Part shown: positions 49,837 through 61,243 of the stretch, one piece after another
How the letters are laid out: each line of letters starts with the position of its first letter
Numbering within the stretch: the first letter of the stretch is position 1
Source: an uncultured delta proteobacterium
Lineage (GTDB): Bacteria > Desulfobacterota > Desulfomonilia > UBA1062
Assembly: GCA_963785235.1 (NCBI GenBank)
Contig: CAWAUM010000012.1
Span: 192,001-256,000, forward strand
Length of the DNA stretch: 64,000 bases
Reading direction: 5' to 3'
Made by a program: the position numbers and the translations under genes
Notes under the pieces: model-generated
The model's input: only the letters and a program-made list of their open reading frames with translations
The model's database searches: none
What the model was told of the DNA's origin: nothing

Positions 49837-50598
49837 TCAACTCTTCCCCAACAGCCCACGCAGCGTCTCATATGCCCTCTTGGCCGGATCGGGTGAGTCC
49901 ATGATCCTGCCCATGAGGTAACTGCCCACGATAACCCCGTCGGCAAAGGTGAGCAGATCATCCACCTGGGCCGCGCTGGACACCCCGAAACCCACACACA
50001 CCGGCAAATCGGTCATCTCCTTGATGATGCCCACCTGGGCCTGCACCTCGGGAGGCAGATCACTTCTTGAGCCTGTAACCCCCTTGGTGGAAACCGCATA
50101 CACGAACCCGCTGCACTGGGAGAGGACCTCTGTCATCCTTTCGGGCCCGGTAGTCGGGGCCACCATCCGGATCAGGTCCATGCCGATCTCGCGGCAGTCA
50201 GCATAGATCTTACACGCATCCCGGGGCAGGTCCGGGATGATTGCCCCTCTCACTCCACAGCCTTTAAGGCTTGCAAACGTCTGAAGAAGCCCATTTCGCA
50301 TCAAAGGATTGATGTAGGACATGACGATGAGCGGTATCTCGAGCATGGTGCTCCACTCTTTAAGACAACCTTGAAACTCATCCATCTTAAACCCAGCCTG
50401 CAGGGCCATGAAGGCGGCCTTCTGCAGCACCGGACCGTCAGCCATGGGGTCAGAGAAGGGAATGCCGATTTCGATGGCCGCAGCGCCTGCATCCTGAAGA
50501 GCCAGGAGGATCCTGCCTGTCGTATCGAAATCCGGCAGACCTGCCGTGACATACGGGATTATTGCCTTTTTATGATCTTGTATTGCCTTAGCTATCAT
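49837..50598 (-). CDS. trpA: Tryptophan synthase alpha chain
   Basis: EIGIPFSDPMADGP, GVTG, GFG, DGVIVGS. Confidence 0.96.
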   Translation of the reverse strand: MIAKAIQDHKKAIIPYVTAGLPDFDTTGRILLALQDAGAAAIEIGIPFSDPMADGPVLQKAAFMALQAGFKMDEFQGCLKEWSTMLEIPLIVMSYINPLMRNGLLQTFASLKGCGVRGAIIPDLPRDACKIYADCREIGMDLIRMVAPTTGPERMTEVLSQCSGFVYAVSTKGVTGSRSDLPPEVQAQVGIIKEMTDLPVCVGFGVSSAAQVDDLLTFADGVIVGSYLMGRIMDSPDPAKRAYETLRGLLGKS

Positions 50599-50600
50599 GG

Positions 50601-51749
50601 TCAGCCCCCTAACACCGTGTGGATGTCCTTGTCTCCCCTGCCGGAGAGATTGACCAGGACCTTTCTGCCCGGTTTATCCTTGCAATACTCTACAAGATAC
50701 CCGATGGCATGGGCGCTCTCCAGGGCAGGGGCGATCCCCTCCAGCCTGTTCAGCAGCTTGAAGGCGTCCAGCGCCTGCTCGTCATTGACCAGGACGTAAC
50801 GCGCCCCTTTCATGGAGGCAAGAAAGCTGTGCTCAGGACCAACGCCAGGATAGTCCAGGCCCGCTGCGATGGAGTGGGTCTCAACAACCTGACCGTCCTT
50901 GTCCTGAAGCAGGAAGGACCGCGTGCCGTGGAGGACGCCCGGTGTCCCGAAGTTGATGCTGGCGCCGTGCCTGCCATTGCCCTGGCCATAGGCCTCCACC
51001 CCGATCAGGTCCACCTTGTCTTCATCAAGAAAGGCGCTGAATATCCCGATGGCATTGCTGCCGCCGCCCACACATGCCACCACGGCATCAGGCAGCGAGC
51101 CTGACAAGGCAATGATCTGCTGTCTTGCCTCACGGCCTATAATCTCCTGGAAAGCCCGCACCAGGCTCGGGTAGGGGTGCGGACCGATGGCTGAGCCGAT
51201 GAGGTAGTACGTAGTGTCTACATTTGTTATCCAGTCCCTGATGGCCTCGCTGGTTGCATCCTTCAAGGTAGCGCTGCCGCCGCCGACCGGGACCACCTCG
51301 GCACCTAGAAGCTTCATACGCTCCACATTTATCTGCTGCCTGGCAATGTCCGTGCTGCCCATATACACATGGCATTCCATGCCGAACAGGGCGCATACCG
51401 TTGCCGTTGCCACACCATGCTGGCCCGCCCCGGTCTCGGCGATGATCCTGCGCTTTCCCATGCGCCTGGCGAGCAGTATCTGGCCGATTGCGTTGTTGAT
51501 CTTGTGAGAGCCGGTATGGTTGAGGTCTTCCCTTTTGAGCCACACGTCGAGCCCGAGGTGCACGGAGAGCCTTTCCGCATGAGTGATAGGTGTGGGCCTG
51601 CCCACATAGTTGACCATATAGGAGTTGAATTCATCCCAGAAGGTCTTATCGTCAAAGGCCTTTCCCATGGCAGCATCCAGTCCATCAAGCGCGGGCAGTA
51701 ATGTTTCAGGCACGTACTGCCCTCCGAATTCTCCAAAGTATCCCTTCAT
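50601..51749 (-). CDS. trpB: Tryptophan synthase beta chain
   Basis: [46 protein letters not shown]. Confidence 0.97.
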   Translation of the reverse strand: MKGYFGEFGGQYVPETLLPALDGLDAAMGKAFDDKTFWDEFNSYMVNYVGRPTPITHAERLSVHLGLDVWLKREDLNHTGSHKINNAIGQILLARRMGKRRIIAETGAGQHGVATATVCALFGMECHVYMGSTDIARQQINVERMKLLGAEVVPVGGGSATLKDATSEAIRDWITNVDTTYYLIGSAIGPHPYPSLVRAFQEIIGREARQQIIALSGSLPDAVVACVGGGSNAIGIFSAFLDEDKVDLIGVEAYGQGNGRHGASINFGTPGVLHGTRSFLLQDKDGQVVETHSIAAGLDYPGVGPEHSFLASMKGARYVLVNDEQALDAFKLLNRLEGIAPALESAHAIGYLVEYCKDKPGRKVLVNLSGRGDKDIHTVLGG

Positions 51750-52306
51750 GACTTGGCCTCCCTGATAAATCTCTCTACTTTCAGCGGGTCCTTGATGCCC
51801 GGCGACATCTCTACACCCGAAGACACGTCCACACCTTCAGGCGAAGCTTTCATGATGGCCTCCCGGACATTATCCGGGGTAAGCCCTCCGGCCAGGATGA
51901 AAGGGATGTCGCGTTTTTCCCATATTCCTTTCATGCCTTTGCCCGTGCTCGCGTCCATAAGGATACGGCAGGGGTAACCCGGGAGCATGCCCTGCCTGTA
52001 CTCGTGTGTGGCATAGATGATGCCGTACTGCTCCATCAGACGCTCATGCCTTTCTGAAGGTGCTGCATGGAGCTGAATAGTGTCAATCCCGAGGTCTTCA
52101 CAGGTCTTAAGGATCTCATCCACACCTTCATCCATGAATACCGCCACCTTCTCCACAGAGGTTATCTCTTGAATCCAGGGTACTATGATCTCTCGAGATA
52201 CGTTCCGAGGACTCTTTGTAAAGACAAAGCCCAGGGCATCGGCACCACACCGGGCAGCGAGCAGAGCGTCCTCACGCCTGGTGATGCCGCAGATCTTTAC
52301 CCACAT
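51746..52306 (-). CDS. trpF: Phosphoribosylanthranilate isomerase
   Basis: [32 protein letters not shown]. Confidence 0.95.
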   Translation of the reverse strand: MWVKICGITRREDALLAARCGADALGFVFTKSPRNVSREIIVPWIQEITSVEKVAVFMDEGVDEILKTCEDLGIDTIQLHAAPSERHERLMEQYGIIYATHEYRQGMLPGYPCRILMDASTGKGMKGIWEKRDIPFILAGGLTPDNVREAIMKASPEGVDVSSGVEMSPGIKDPLKVERFIREAKS

Positions 52307-53029
52307 GGAAGATATCCTCCCTTAATGTCCTGTCCGCAAAGGCCCTGCCGATTAACACGGCATCATAGCCAAAGGTTCTGAGTTCAATAAGCCTTGTCCC
52401 TGATGTTATGCCGCTCTCGGCAACCTTAACCGCATGAGTAGGGATATACCCGCAAGCTCTTCGTGTCTTACAGGGTCAACCTGAAGGTTTTTCAGGTCCC
52501 TGGAATTCACGCCGATGATCTCTGCACCCACTGCAATGGCCTTGTCCAGACCATCCAGGCCGTGGACCTCCACGAGGCAGTCCATGCCCAGGTCCTTCCC
52601 GCATGCATACAGGGCCTTGAGCTCTTTCAGGCTCAACATCTCGGTTATGAGCAGAAAGGCATCGGCACCCAGGGCACGGCCGGTCTTGATCTGCCGCTCA
52701 TCCACAATAAAGTCCTTCATCATGACCGGCAAAGAACAGCTTGCACGGATGATGCCGATGTATTCGAGACAACCTGCAAAATACTCCGGCTCGGTGAGAC
52801 ACGAAATGGCGCTTGCGCCAAGCCGTTCGTAATCGCGTGCAATGGTTGCCGGGTCATCGGTGATCCCGAGCAGGCCGTCCCTGGGTGTGGCATACTTCAC
52901 CTCTGCAATAACAGCCATACCATTCAAGGCAGCCTTGAAGGGTCTGACCGGGAAGGGATACCCTGCGGGTAGAATAAGCCCTGCCGAGCGTTTTTGCGAG
53001 AGCCTGTACATCTTGTCCAGAAAATCCAT
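52272..53029 (-). CDS. trpC: Indole-3-glycerol phosphate synthase (frameshift near 52450; in frame with trpD as sequenced)
   Basis: IAEVK, SCLTEP, KDFI, LVEVH, GVNSRDL; the C-terminus VAESGI...DAVLIG lies in a shifted frame. Confidence 0.9.
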
Positions 53030-53031
53030 GG

Positions 53032-54025
53032 TTACTGCCCTGGCTCGCTTCAGGGCATTAAGGGCCTCCCCGTTTTTGATCACCTTTGCCGCCATGACCA
53101 CTCCATCCCTGATCCCCACCGTGCCGTCCACGGCCATAAAGGCTGCAGCCGCATTCAGGAGCAGGCTGTTCAGGCATGCACCTTCGAGCTTACCATCGAA
53201 AAGGTCTTTTATCTTCTGTGCGGATTCCATGGGAGACGCTACCTTGAGGTCTTCCATGGACATGCATGCAAGCCCGGCCTGCTCGGGCGTAATCTCACCT
53301 TTTGTGATCCTGCCGTCAGAGAGCCTTGCATATCTGGTGGGTCCGGCAATGGATACTTCATCGAGCCCGCTGTGTACTACCATGGCACCCTTGAGCCCCA
53401 TGTTCTTCAACACCTCGATGATGGGGTCAACCAGGGATGCCGCATAAACGCCTATGACCTGATTGGTTGCGCTGGCAGGGTTTGCAAGCGGGCCCAGGGT
53501 ATTGAAGATGGTGCGGATCCCCAGCTGCTTCCGGGCCGGCATGGCGTACTTCATGCTCGGATGATAGGCAGGTGCAAACAGAAAGCAGAAACCCTTTTCC
53601 TGAATTGCCCTTGCGGCATCATCCGGTCCAAGGTCAATGGGCACGCCCAGCGCCTCCAGGCAGTCGGCACTCCCGGAAGAGGAGCTCACGGACCGGTTGC
53701 CGTGCTTGGCAACATTGTATCCGGCCCCGGCCATAACAAAGGCCACGGCAGTGGATATGTTAAAGGTAGAGGCGCCGTCTCCGCCTGTTCCGCACGTGTC
53801 TACAACCATGTCACACCCGGTTTTCACCGGCAGTGCCCTGCTGCGCATGACACGGGCCGCTGTCTCGATCTCCTCTGGGGTCTCCCCCTTGATCCGTAGC
53901 GCAGTGAGGAACCCGCCTATCTGAACATCATTGGCCTGGCCTGACATGATCAGATCAAATGCGTGTTCCATCTCTGCGGGGCTCAAGTGTTGTCCTGAGA
54001 TCAATTTTTCAAAAGACGCCTTCAT
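53032..54025 (-). CDS. trpD: Anthranilate phosphoribosyltransferase
   Basis: DTCGTGGDG, NIST, KHGNRSVSS, RTIFN.LGPL.NP, GLDE. Confidence 0.95.
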
Positions 54026-54603
54026 GATGGCCTCCTTGCTAAGAATATGAATCTCTCCAGGATCTCTTCACCATAATCGGTAGCAATGGATTCCGGGTGG
54101 AACTGGACCCCGAAAATCGGCATATCTTCATGGCAGATAGCCATGATTTCACCATCGTCATAGGCCCTGGCGCTCACCTGGAAGTCTTTTGGAAGGCTGG
54201 ACTCGTCAATGGCCAGCGAGTGGTACCTTACGGCCGAAAAGTTGTCAGGGATTCCATGGAACAGACCCAGACCGTTATGGGCAATCCGGGAGAGCTTCCC
54301 GTGCATGACCTTCTTTGCATAGACTATCTTTCCGCCAAAGGCCTGTGCAATACACTGATGACCGAGGCATACGCCCAAGATGGGGATGGTCCCGGCAAGG
54401 TCTCTTATAATTTCCATGGAGATACCGGCATTATCAGGGGTGCCGGGGCCCGGCGATATGATGATCGCAGACGGGTCAAGATCTCTTACACCACCTGAGT
54501 CTATGGCGTTGTTCCGCCTGACCACCACCTCCTCGCCGCGTGCCGCTATGGCCTGCACCAGGTTGTAGGTAAACGAATCAAAATTGTCGATCATGAGTAT
54601 CAT
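54022..54603 (-). CDS. trpG: Anthranilate synthase component II
   Basis: IDNFDSFTYNL, SPGPG, GVCLGHQ, RYHSL, QFHPES. Confidence 0.95.
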   Translation of the reverse strand: MILMIDNFDSFTYNLVQAIAARGEEVVVRRNNAIDSGGVRDLDPSAIIISPGPGTPDNAGISMEIIRDLAGTIPILGVCLGHQCIAQAFGGKIVYAKKVMHGKLSRIAHNGLGLFHGIPDNFSAVRYHSLAIDESSLPKDFQVSARAYDDGEIMAICHEDMPIFGVQFHPESIATDYGEEILERFIFLARRPS

Positions 54604-55991
54604 CTCGTCCCCCCCAATGCCGTCTGAAGGGCCTTCAGTTTGTTGTCTATCTCCTTGAGCTCCCGCTCAGGCACGGAATCCCACACGATTCCGGCGCCTG
54701 CCTGGAGGTATGTCTTGTCATTCCTGGAAAATATTGTCCGGATAATGATGCCGGTGTCCATGTTGCCGTTGTATGAAAGGTAGCCCACAGCGCCGGCATA
54801 GGGGCCCCGGCATCTCGCTTCCAGCTCATCGATGATCTCCATGGCCCTTACCTTCGGCGCGCCTGATACAGTTCCCGCAGGGAAGCAGGCCTTGAGGACA
54901 TCAACGGCATCCACACCCTTGCGGCGTAATCCCTCGACACACGAGACGATATGCATCACATGCGAATAGAGCTTCACCTTTTCCCTCGCCACCACCTTGA
55001 CCGTGCCGGGGATGCAGACCCGGCCCAGGTCGTTGCGTGCCAGGTCCAGCAGCATGAGATGCTCTGCGCGCTCCTTCTCGTCGTTCAAAAGGTCCTGCGC
55101 CAGATAATCGTCTTCCGGCGTGCTCTTGCCCCTCGGCCTGGTCCCGGCGATGGGGACCGTGGTGATCGTCTCTCCCTGGAGCCTCACCATCTCTTCAGGG
55201 GATGAACCGATCAGGGTTACATCAGCAATCCTCATGAAGAAGAGATATGGCGATGGATTGATGCGCCTGAGCCTGCGGTAGATGTCAAACGGGTCGCCTT
55301 CAAGGTCGATCCTTACCCGCCGCGAGAGCACCACCTGCATGATGTCGCCTTTGTGCAGATAATCCTTGGCCTTAAGCACGGCATCGGTGAACTCATCATC
55401 ACCAGGGGATATCTCCTGCACACCCCGGATGCCGGGCATCTTCGGCCTGACATTGATACTGCCTGAATAGAGCGCTTCCTCGATCTCGGAGAACTTTTCC
55501 CTTGCAAGGGCGGTCGCTTCCTCATCGGTAATGGAAGGCCCCGGAATCACCTGAAGGAGCTTGAGGTCCTGTTTCAGGTGATCAAAGACCAGCAGGGTGC
55601 TCACCCGGCCAAGCAGTGCATCAGGAAACCCTGAAGACTTTGGCGGCCGTGGCAACACCTCCACCCCCCTGATCATGTCATAACCAATGTAGCCCACATA
55701 CCCTCCAATGAAGGGAGGAAGACCGTTTTGGTCAAAGACAAGCGGGTTTGCAATCCTGGGGACTTTTGCCCATGGGTCTTTTTCCCCCTCCTCTACCGTT
55801 ACAACCCCTCCCTTGTCAAAACGGCCGACAAAGCTGTAGGCTACCGGTACGGATTCCAGCAGAAATCCCTGGGACTCTCCCACAAGGGCCTTGTAGGCGC
55901 CGACCGGGGTAACCGTATCGCAGGCCATACTCTGCACGACCAGAACCCCCTGGTCGCCAATGTCTCTGATAATGTTCAATCGGTCCGGCAT
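54600..55991 (-). CDS. trpE: Anthranilate synthase component I
   Basis: LLES, NPSPY, SSPE, PIAGTR, KERAEHLML.DL.RND, PAGTVSGAPK, QAGAG. Confidence 0.95.
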   Translation of the reverse strand: MPDRLNIIRDIGDQGVLVVQSMACDTVTPVGAYKALVGESQGFLLESVPVAYSFVGRFDKGGVVTVEEGEKDPWAKVPRIANPLVFDQNGLPPFIGGYVGYIGYDMIRGVEVLPRPPKSSGFPDALLGRVSTLLVFDHLKQDLKLLQVIPGPSITDEEATALAREKFSEIEEALYSGSINVRPKMPGIRGVQEISPGDDEFTDAVLKAKDYLHKGDIMQVVLSRRVRIDLEGDPFDIYRRLRRINPSPYLFFMRIADVTLIGSSPEEMVRLQGETITTVPIAGTRPRGKSTPEDDYLAQDLLNDEKERAEHLMLLDLARNDLGRVCIPGTVKVVAREKVKLYSHVMHIVSCVEGLRRKGVDAVDVLKACFPAGTVSGAPKVRAMEIIDELEARCRGPYAGAVGYLSYNGNMDTGIIIRTIFSRNDKTYLQAGAGIVWDSVPERELKEIDNKLKALQTALGGTR

Positions 55992-56006
55992 AATTTTCTC
56001 CAAATA

Positions 56007-56043
56007 ATAAAAAAAGCGGCAAGCTTTCTGGAAGCTTGCCGCT
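56007..56043 (-). terminator. trp attenuator terminator
   Basis: AGCGGCAAGCTT-ccaga-AAGCTTGCCGCT followed by a U-run, just upstream of the trpE RBS. Confidence 0.88.
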
Positions 56044-56067
56044 CTGACATGTGGCTTAACGTAAGCC

Positions 56068-56151
56068 CTAAGACAAACCTCCGCGCATAACTTTATTCAT
56101 GGCGCGCCACCACCACCTATTAGCCTTCATCAGATGAATCTTTTTCTTCAT
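56068..56151 (-). CDS. trpL: trp leader peptide (MKKKIHLMKANRWWWRAMNKVMRGGLS)
   Basis: Three tandem TGG codons upstream of the terminator and trpE. Confidence 0.85.
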   Translation of the reverse strand: MKKKIHLMKANRWWWRAMNKVMRGGLS

Positions 56152-56157
56152 GTTGTT

Positions 56158-56186
56158 TCTATATATAGAAACATATCGGTTGTCAA
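56158..56186 (-). promoter_or_regulatory. Putative sigma70 promoter of the trp operon
   Basis: Minus strand TTGACA-N17-TATAGA immediately upstream of trpL. Confidence 0.5.
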
Positions 56187-56306
56187 CCCTTTCTTCTTAA
56201 GAGAAGAAAATTAAAAGGAGACTTGATTTTCCGAGTGTTTGGAGATATCATAATAAGTGTTCGCAAAACCTTTTATTACCAACATCTCCACACACAAGGG
56301 GGCACT

Positions 56307-57320
56307 ATGAACGACAACATCATCTCCCTAGACCGTCATATCATGGATGAACAGCGCAGGTCCGGGGGCAAGGGCGACTTCAGCTCAATCCTGAGCCAGA
56401 TCATCTTCGCCGCCAAGGTCGTGGCTGCACAGGTAGCCCATGCAGGGCTCGTAGAGGACATCCTCGGGAGGACCGGCAAGACAAACATCCAGGGTGAAGA
56501 GGTTCAGAAACTTGATGTATTCGCCAACAAGGTTTTCATCAACGCCTTAAATTATATCGGCAAGGTATGCGTCATGGCCTCGGAAGAAGACCAGGACATG
56601 ATCAAAATACCCGATAATTACCCCAAGGGCGACTATGTGGTGATGTTCGACCCCCTGGACGGGTCCACCAACATCGATGTGAATGTGTCCATCGGCACTA
56701 TCTTCGGCATCTATAAGAGGGTTACGGATAAAGGCGACGGGACACTGGATGATTGTCTCCAGAAAGGCCATAAACTCTTCGGCGCCGGTTACGTAATCTA
56801 CAGCTCAAGCACCATACTGGTCTATTCCACAGGCAACGGGGTCAACGGCTTCAGCCTTGACCCGAGCGTGGGCGAATTCATCCTGTCACACCCCAACATC
56901 ACCATGCCCAAGCGCGGAAAGATCTACAGTACAAACGAGGGTAACTGCACCTACTGGAAGCCCGGCACCAGGGAATATATCGACTACCTGAAATCCGATA
57001 AAAACGCCATGAAAAAACCGTACTCAACCCGCTATATCGGCTCGCTGGTGGCGGACTTCCACCGGAATCTCCTAAAGGGCGGCATCTTCCTCTACCCGGA
57101 AGACACCAATGACCCCAAGAAACCCACAGGTAAGCTGAGGCTCCTCTACGAGGCCAACCCGCTGGCATTCATAGCCGAACAGGCAGGCGGGTATGCATCA
57201 ACGGGGTACGAGCCCATCCTGGACATCCAGCCCACAGGCCTGCACCAGCGGGTGCCGCTCATCATCGGCTCCAAGGACGATGTCCTGGAATACGAACAGT
57301 TCGCAAAGAAGAATAAATAA
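56307..57320 (+). CDS. fbp: Class 1 fructose-1,6-bisphosphatase
   Basis: GEEVQKLD, SEE, FDPLDGS, RYIGSLVADFHR, KLRLLYEANP. Confidence 0.96.
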   Translation: MNDNIISLDRHIMDEQRRSGGKGDFSSILSQIIFAAKVVAAQVAHAGLVEDILGRTGKTNIQGEEVQKLDVFANKVFINALNYIGKVCVMASEEDQDMIKIPDNYPKGDYVVMFDPLDGSTNIDVNVSIGTIFGIYKRVTDKGDGTLDDCLQKGHKLFGAGYVIYSSSTILVYSTGNGVNGFSLDPSVGEFILSHPNITMPKRGKIYSTNEGNCTYWKPGTREYIDYLKSDKNAMKKPYSTRYIGSLVADFHRNLLKGGIFLYPEDTNDPKKPTGKLRLLYEANPLAFIAEQAGGYASTGYEPILDIQPTGLHQRVPLIIGSKDDVLEYEQFAKKNK

Positions 57321-57363
57321 AGGCAATCTTGCCCGGATATCTCATAATTCGAGGAGGCATACC

Positions 57364-58635
57364 ATGGCGAATTCGAAAGACTTCAACAAGGCGCTGGAGA
57401 TCGGTCGTCCACCCAACATCGTCAAGCTCTTCCCCAACTCAAAGGCCCTTATTGTGAGCGGCAAGGCAGTTGACCGGGCCATGATAAAAAAGGGCAAGGC
57501 CATGACCATTGCGGCCAACGGCCGCAACAGCATCGTCATCAAAGGGGTCCTGCAGGCGGCCCAGAGGGCCAATGCAGCAGTCATCCTCGAAATCGCCAAA
57601 TCCGAGTCATCCTATTGCCTCATCAGCATGTGGAACCTGGCCCGTTATGTGGACAGCATCTGTAACGAGCTCGGCATCACGGTCCCTATAGCCATCCATG
57701 CCGACCATTTCGGACTCAAGAAACAGCCCGAGGTAGGAAAGGCCAAGGTGGACATCCCCTCCATATTCGATGCTGGCATGACCTCCATTGCCATCGATGC
57801 ATCCCACATGGTGGATGAAGAAAACCTGCTGGCCAATATTGAGCTCAATAAGTATATCCCCTCCTGGGCCGGCTATGAGACCGAGGTGGGCGAGATCAAG
57901 GGCAAGGAGGGATTATCAACCCCTGAAGAAGCCCTGTTTCTTATCCAGGGCCTGAACGCCAATGGCATTTTCCCGGACCTGATCGCGCTCAACAACGGGA
58001 CAACCCACGGCATCGAGGCCTCAGACTCGGGCATAGACGTGGAACTGACCAAGCGTATCCATGAGCCGCTTGCAAAATACGGCATCTCCGGCGCCCAGCA
58101 TGGAACATCCGGCAACAGCTATGAGCGGCTCAAACGCATTGCCACAGAGACACGCACCACCAAGGCCAACGTGGCTACTGCGTTGCAGATGATCTCCTGG
58201 GGGCTCAAGGTCAATGAGTTCGGAAACGCCTTCATGGATGATCAGAAAAACTTTGTCAAGCTGCCGAACGAAGGTGTCACTGATGAGCTGTGGGCCGAGA
58301 TGGTGGCCTATGCCCAGGGCAAGTCACTCAAGGCAGGCGACTACAAGAACCTGAACCTGCCCTTTGAGAACAAACTGCTCGCCCAGCCGAGAGAAATCCG
58401 CGAGCGCATGGCCAAGGGCGTGGAGGACTTTGTCTATGACATGCTCGTGAATTGCTTCAATGCTGCAGACACCGCACCGCTTGCCATTGAAGCCATCCTC
58501 GAGAAGGGTTCCTATGACCTGGGACCAAAGGTAACCCGCATCGAAGACCCCAAGGAGTGGACAAAGGAAAAGATCATGGCCCGCGGCCAGGCCTTGCATA
58601 AGAAAGGAACCGCCACGGGTAATTACGACGATTGA
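57364..58635 (+). CDS. fba: Class II fructose-bisphosphate aldolase (deltaproteobacterial type)
   Basis: HADH, IDAS, ETEVG, NGTTHG, QHGTSG, KANVAT; directly downstream of fbp. Confidence 0.88.
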   Translation: MANSKDFNKALEIGRPPNIVKLFPNSKALIVSGKAVDRAMIKKGKAMTIAANGRNSIVIKGVLQAAQRANAAVILEIAKSESSYCLISMWNLARYVDSICNELGITVPIAIHADHFGLKKQPEVGKAKVDIPSIFDAGMTSIAIDASHMVDEENLLANIELNKYIPSWAGYETEVGEIKGKEGLSTPEEALFLIQGLNANGIFPDLIALNNGTTHGIEASDSGIDVELTKRIHEPLAKYGISGAQHGTSGNSYERLKRIATETRTTKANVATALQMISWGLKVNEFGNAFMDDQKNFVKLPNEGVTDELWAEMVAYAQGKSLKAGDYKNLNLPFENKLLAQPREIRERMAKGVEDFVYDMLVNCFNAADTAPLAIEAILEKGSYDLGPKVTRIEDPKEWTKEKIMARGQALHKKGTATGNYDD

Positions 58636-58715
58636 GAAGACATCATGGCCCTTGACGGGCCTGAATTTGTATGGCATGAGGGCACTGCTCTCATTTGAAA
58701 ACCAGGAAGGTAATA

Positions 58716-58910
58716 ATGGCACGAGTCACCGTTGAAGATTGTCTTGAAAAGGTAAACGATCGCTTTTCTTTAGCCGTTGCTGCATCCAAGCGTACCAAGC
58801 AGCTCATGAAGGGGTCCAATCCCTTAAGCAGACGCAAGGACAACAAGTTTGTGGTCACGGCGCTGCGCGAATTGGCTGAGGGGAAGATCACGCTGCACGA
58901 ACGTACATGA
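58716..58910 (+). CDS. rpoZ: RNA polymerase omega subunit
   Basis: [10 protein letters not shown]...RF.L..ASKR..QL...ALRE.AEG. Confidence 0.95.
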   Translation: MARVTVEDCLEKVNDRFSLAVAASKRTKQLMKGSNPLSRRKDNKFVVTALRELAEGKITLHERT

Positions 58911-60007
58911 CAAAGAGGGATTACTACGAGATCCTCGGAGTATCGAAGGCAGCGACCGCCGATGAGATAAAGAAGGTCTACCGTCAGCTTGCACTGAAAT
59001 ACCATCCGGACCGCAACCCTGGCGATCATGAGGCTGAATCGCGCTTCAAGGAGGCAGCCGAGGCCTACGAGGTGCTCCACGATACTGAAAAGAGACGCCT
59101 GTACGACCAGTATGGACATGAAGGCCTCTCGCGCACCAACTTCCACGAATTCACCAGCTTTGACGATATATTCAGCAGTTTCTCGGATGTCTTCGGCGAC
59201 ATGTTCGGTTTCCCGGGGGGCAGAGGTGGTCGCAGGCGTCCCACCAAGGGGGCCGACCTCAGGTACGACACCACCATCACCCTGGAACAGGCAGCAACAG
59301 GCACTGAGATCGAACTGGACATCCCCAAGACGGAACCATGCGAAGAGTGCAAGGGCAGCGGGGCCGAGGCAGGGACATCTCCCGAGCGATGCTCCACCTG
59401 TGGAGGCAAGGGCCAGGTAAACAGGACCCAGGGCTTCTTCACCATCAGCACCACCTGCCCTTCCTGCAGGGGAGCCGGCCAGGTAATCAAAAAGCCTTGT
59501 AAACCCTGCAGGGGAAGCGGCCACGTCACCAAAAGGAAGCACCTCAAGGTCAAGATCCCTGCCGGTGTTGATGCAGGGGCCACCATGCGGGTCCCTGGAG
59601 AAGGCGAGCTTGGTGAATTGGGCGGGCCTCCCGGAGACCTGTATGTCTTCATCAACCTCAAACAGCATGAAACCTTTGTCAGGCAGGGCGATGACCTCTA
59701 TATCGAAATGCCCATCAGCTTTGTGCAGGCATCGCTTGGTACAAGCATAAAGGTTCCAACCTTAGACGGCGAGGCCGACCTGGACATCAAACCCGGCACC
59801 CAGCCCAATGAGATATACACGGTCAAAGACAAGGGCATAAAGCACCTGAGGCACTCAGGCCACGGTTCGCTCCATGTGGGCATCAGGGTGGAGATCCCCA
59901 AAAAGCTCACGAAGGATCAGGAAGAGCTCCTGCGCAAGTTCGCCGAAATAACCAATGATGACGTGAAGGACTCCAAGAACAAGAAGAAGCTGTTCGGAAG
60001 GTTCTAA
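58907..60007 (+). CDS. dnaJ: Chaperone DnaJ
   Basis: J-domain HPD, four CxxCxGxG repeats, C-terminal domain. Confidence 0.97.
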   Translation: MTKRDYYEILGVSKAATADEIKKVYRQLALKYHPDRNPGDHEAESRFKEAAEAYEVLHDTEKRRLYDQYGHEGLSRTNFHEFTSFDDIFSSFSDVFGDMFGFPGGRGGRRRPTKGADLRYDTTITLEQAATGTEIELDIPKTEPCEECKGSGAEAGTSPERCSTCGGKGQVNRTQGFFTISTTCPSCRGAGQVIKKPCKPCRGSGHVTKRKHLKVKIPAGVDAGATMRVPGEGELGELGGPPGDLYVFINLKQHETFVRQGDDLYIEMPISFVQASLGTSIKVPTLDGEADLDIKPGTQPNEIYTVKDKGIKHLRHSGHGSLHVGIRVEIPKKLTKDQEELLRKFAEITNDDVKDSKNKKKLFGRF

Positions 60008-60011
60008 AAAC

Positions 60012-61243
60012 TCACTCATACCGCAACGCATCGATGGGGTTCAGAAGCGAGGCCTTATACGCCGGGTAGAACCCGAAGAACACCCCGATAAACCCTGAAA
60101 AACCGAATGCCAGAAGGACTGCCAGCGGAGAGACGACGGTGGGCCACTCGGCAAACTTCGAGATGATGGCTGCGGTAATGGTGCCTACGATTATCCCTAT
60201 AATGCCGCCGATGAGAGAGAGCGTTATGGCCTCGATGATGAACTGGAACCGGATGTCCCTGGCCTTGGCCCCCACGGCCATGCGGATGCCGATCTCCCTT
60301 GTCCGCTCCGTCACTGACACGAGCATGATATTCATGATGCCGATACCCCCGACAACGAGCGAGACCGAGGCAATGGCGCCAAGCAGCAGGGTCATGACCG
60401 TAGTGAACTGCTGGGCCATCTGGAGCATCTGGGTGAGGTTGCGGACGGTGAAGTCCTGTTCCCTGTTCGGCCCGATGCGATGGCGCTGCATCAGCAGATC
60501 GGTCACCTGTGATTTCTGCATCCGGCAATGCTTCCGTACTTACTGCCTTGACCATAATGGAGCGGACCATGCCGGGACTGGCAGTACCGATAATCTTCTT
60601 CTGCGCCGTAGTGATAGGGATATAGACGACATCATCCTGGTCCTGGCCCCCGAGCGACTGCCCCTTCTGCTTCCAGGACCCCGATGACCGTAAAGGGGAC
60701 ATTCTTGATTCGGATGATCTTCCCTACAGGGTCCTCGTTTCCGAAGAGATTTTCCACCACGGTCTGGCCAAGGACGCTGACCTTGGTGGCGTTGCGCACA
60801 TCCTGATCCGAAAAGTTTCTCCCCTCCACCACCGTACAGTCGCGGACATCCAGTATGTCAGGGACAGTTCCGGTGATGCCCGTGGCCCAGTTCTGGTTTC
60901 CATAGACAATCTGGCCCGAGCCGTTCAGGATCGGCGCCACGCTCTGAACGGCCGGGCACTCGGTTTCTATGGCTTCTGCATCCCCCATGGTAAGGGTCGA
61001 CTGCGAGCCGCTCCCCATGCGCAGTCCGCCCTGGGTGGTGCTGCCGGGGACGACGATGATGAGGTTGCTCCCCACGCTCGCCACCTGCTGTGAGATTTTC
61101 CTGCTTGCACCGGTCCCCACGGCAAGCATGGCAATGACGGCACCCACGCCGATGATGATCCCCAGCATGGTGAGCGACGAACGCATCTTGTTCACCCACA
61201 AGGCCCTGAGTGATATCCTGACAGTAGCAGGAATACTAATCAT
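60012..61243 (-). CDS. MacB-type ABC transporter permease (two frameshifts near 60660 and 60520)
   Basis: RSSLTMLGIIIGV, VGGIGIMNIMLVSVTERTREIGIRMAVGA, P.DALRYE; split over three frames. Confidence 0.9.

Noticed and set aside
58691-59668. 325-aa antisense ORF over rpoZ-dnaJ
   Set aside because: Shadow ORF of a conserved gene with no recognisable motifs. The same applies to the many other antisense ORFs, e.g. 11872..12621 and 52994..53899.
58716-60007. rpoZ-dnaJ coupling without dnaK/grpE
   Set aside because: I recall this order from other deltaproteobacteria, so it is not considered novel.
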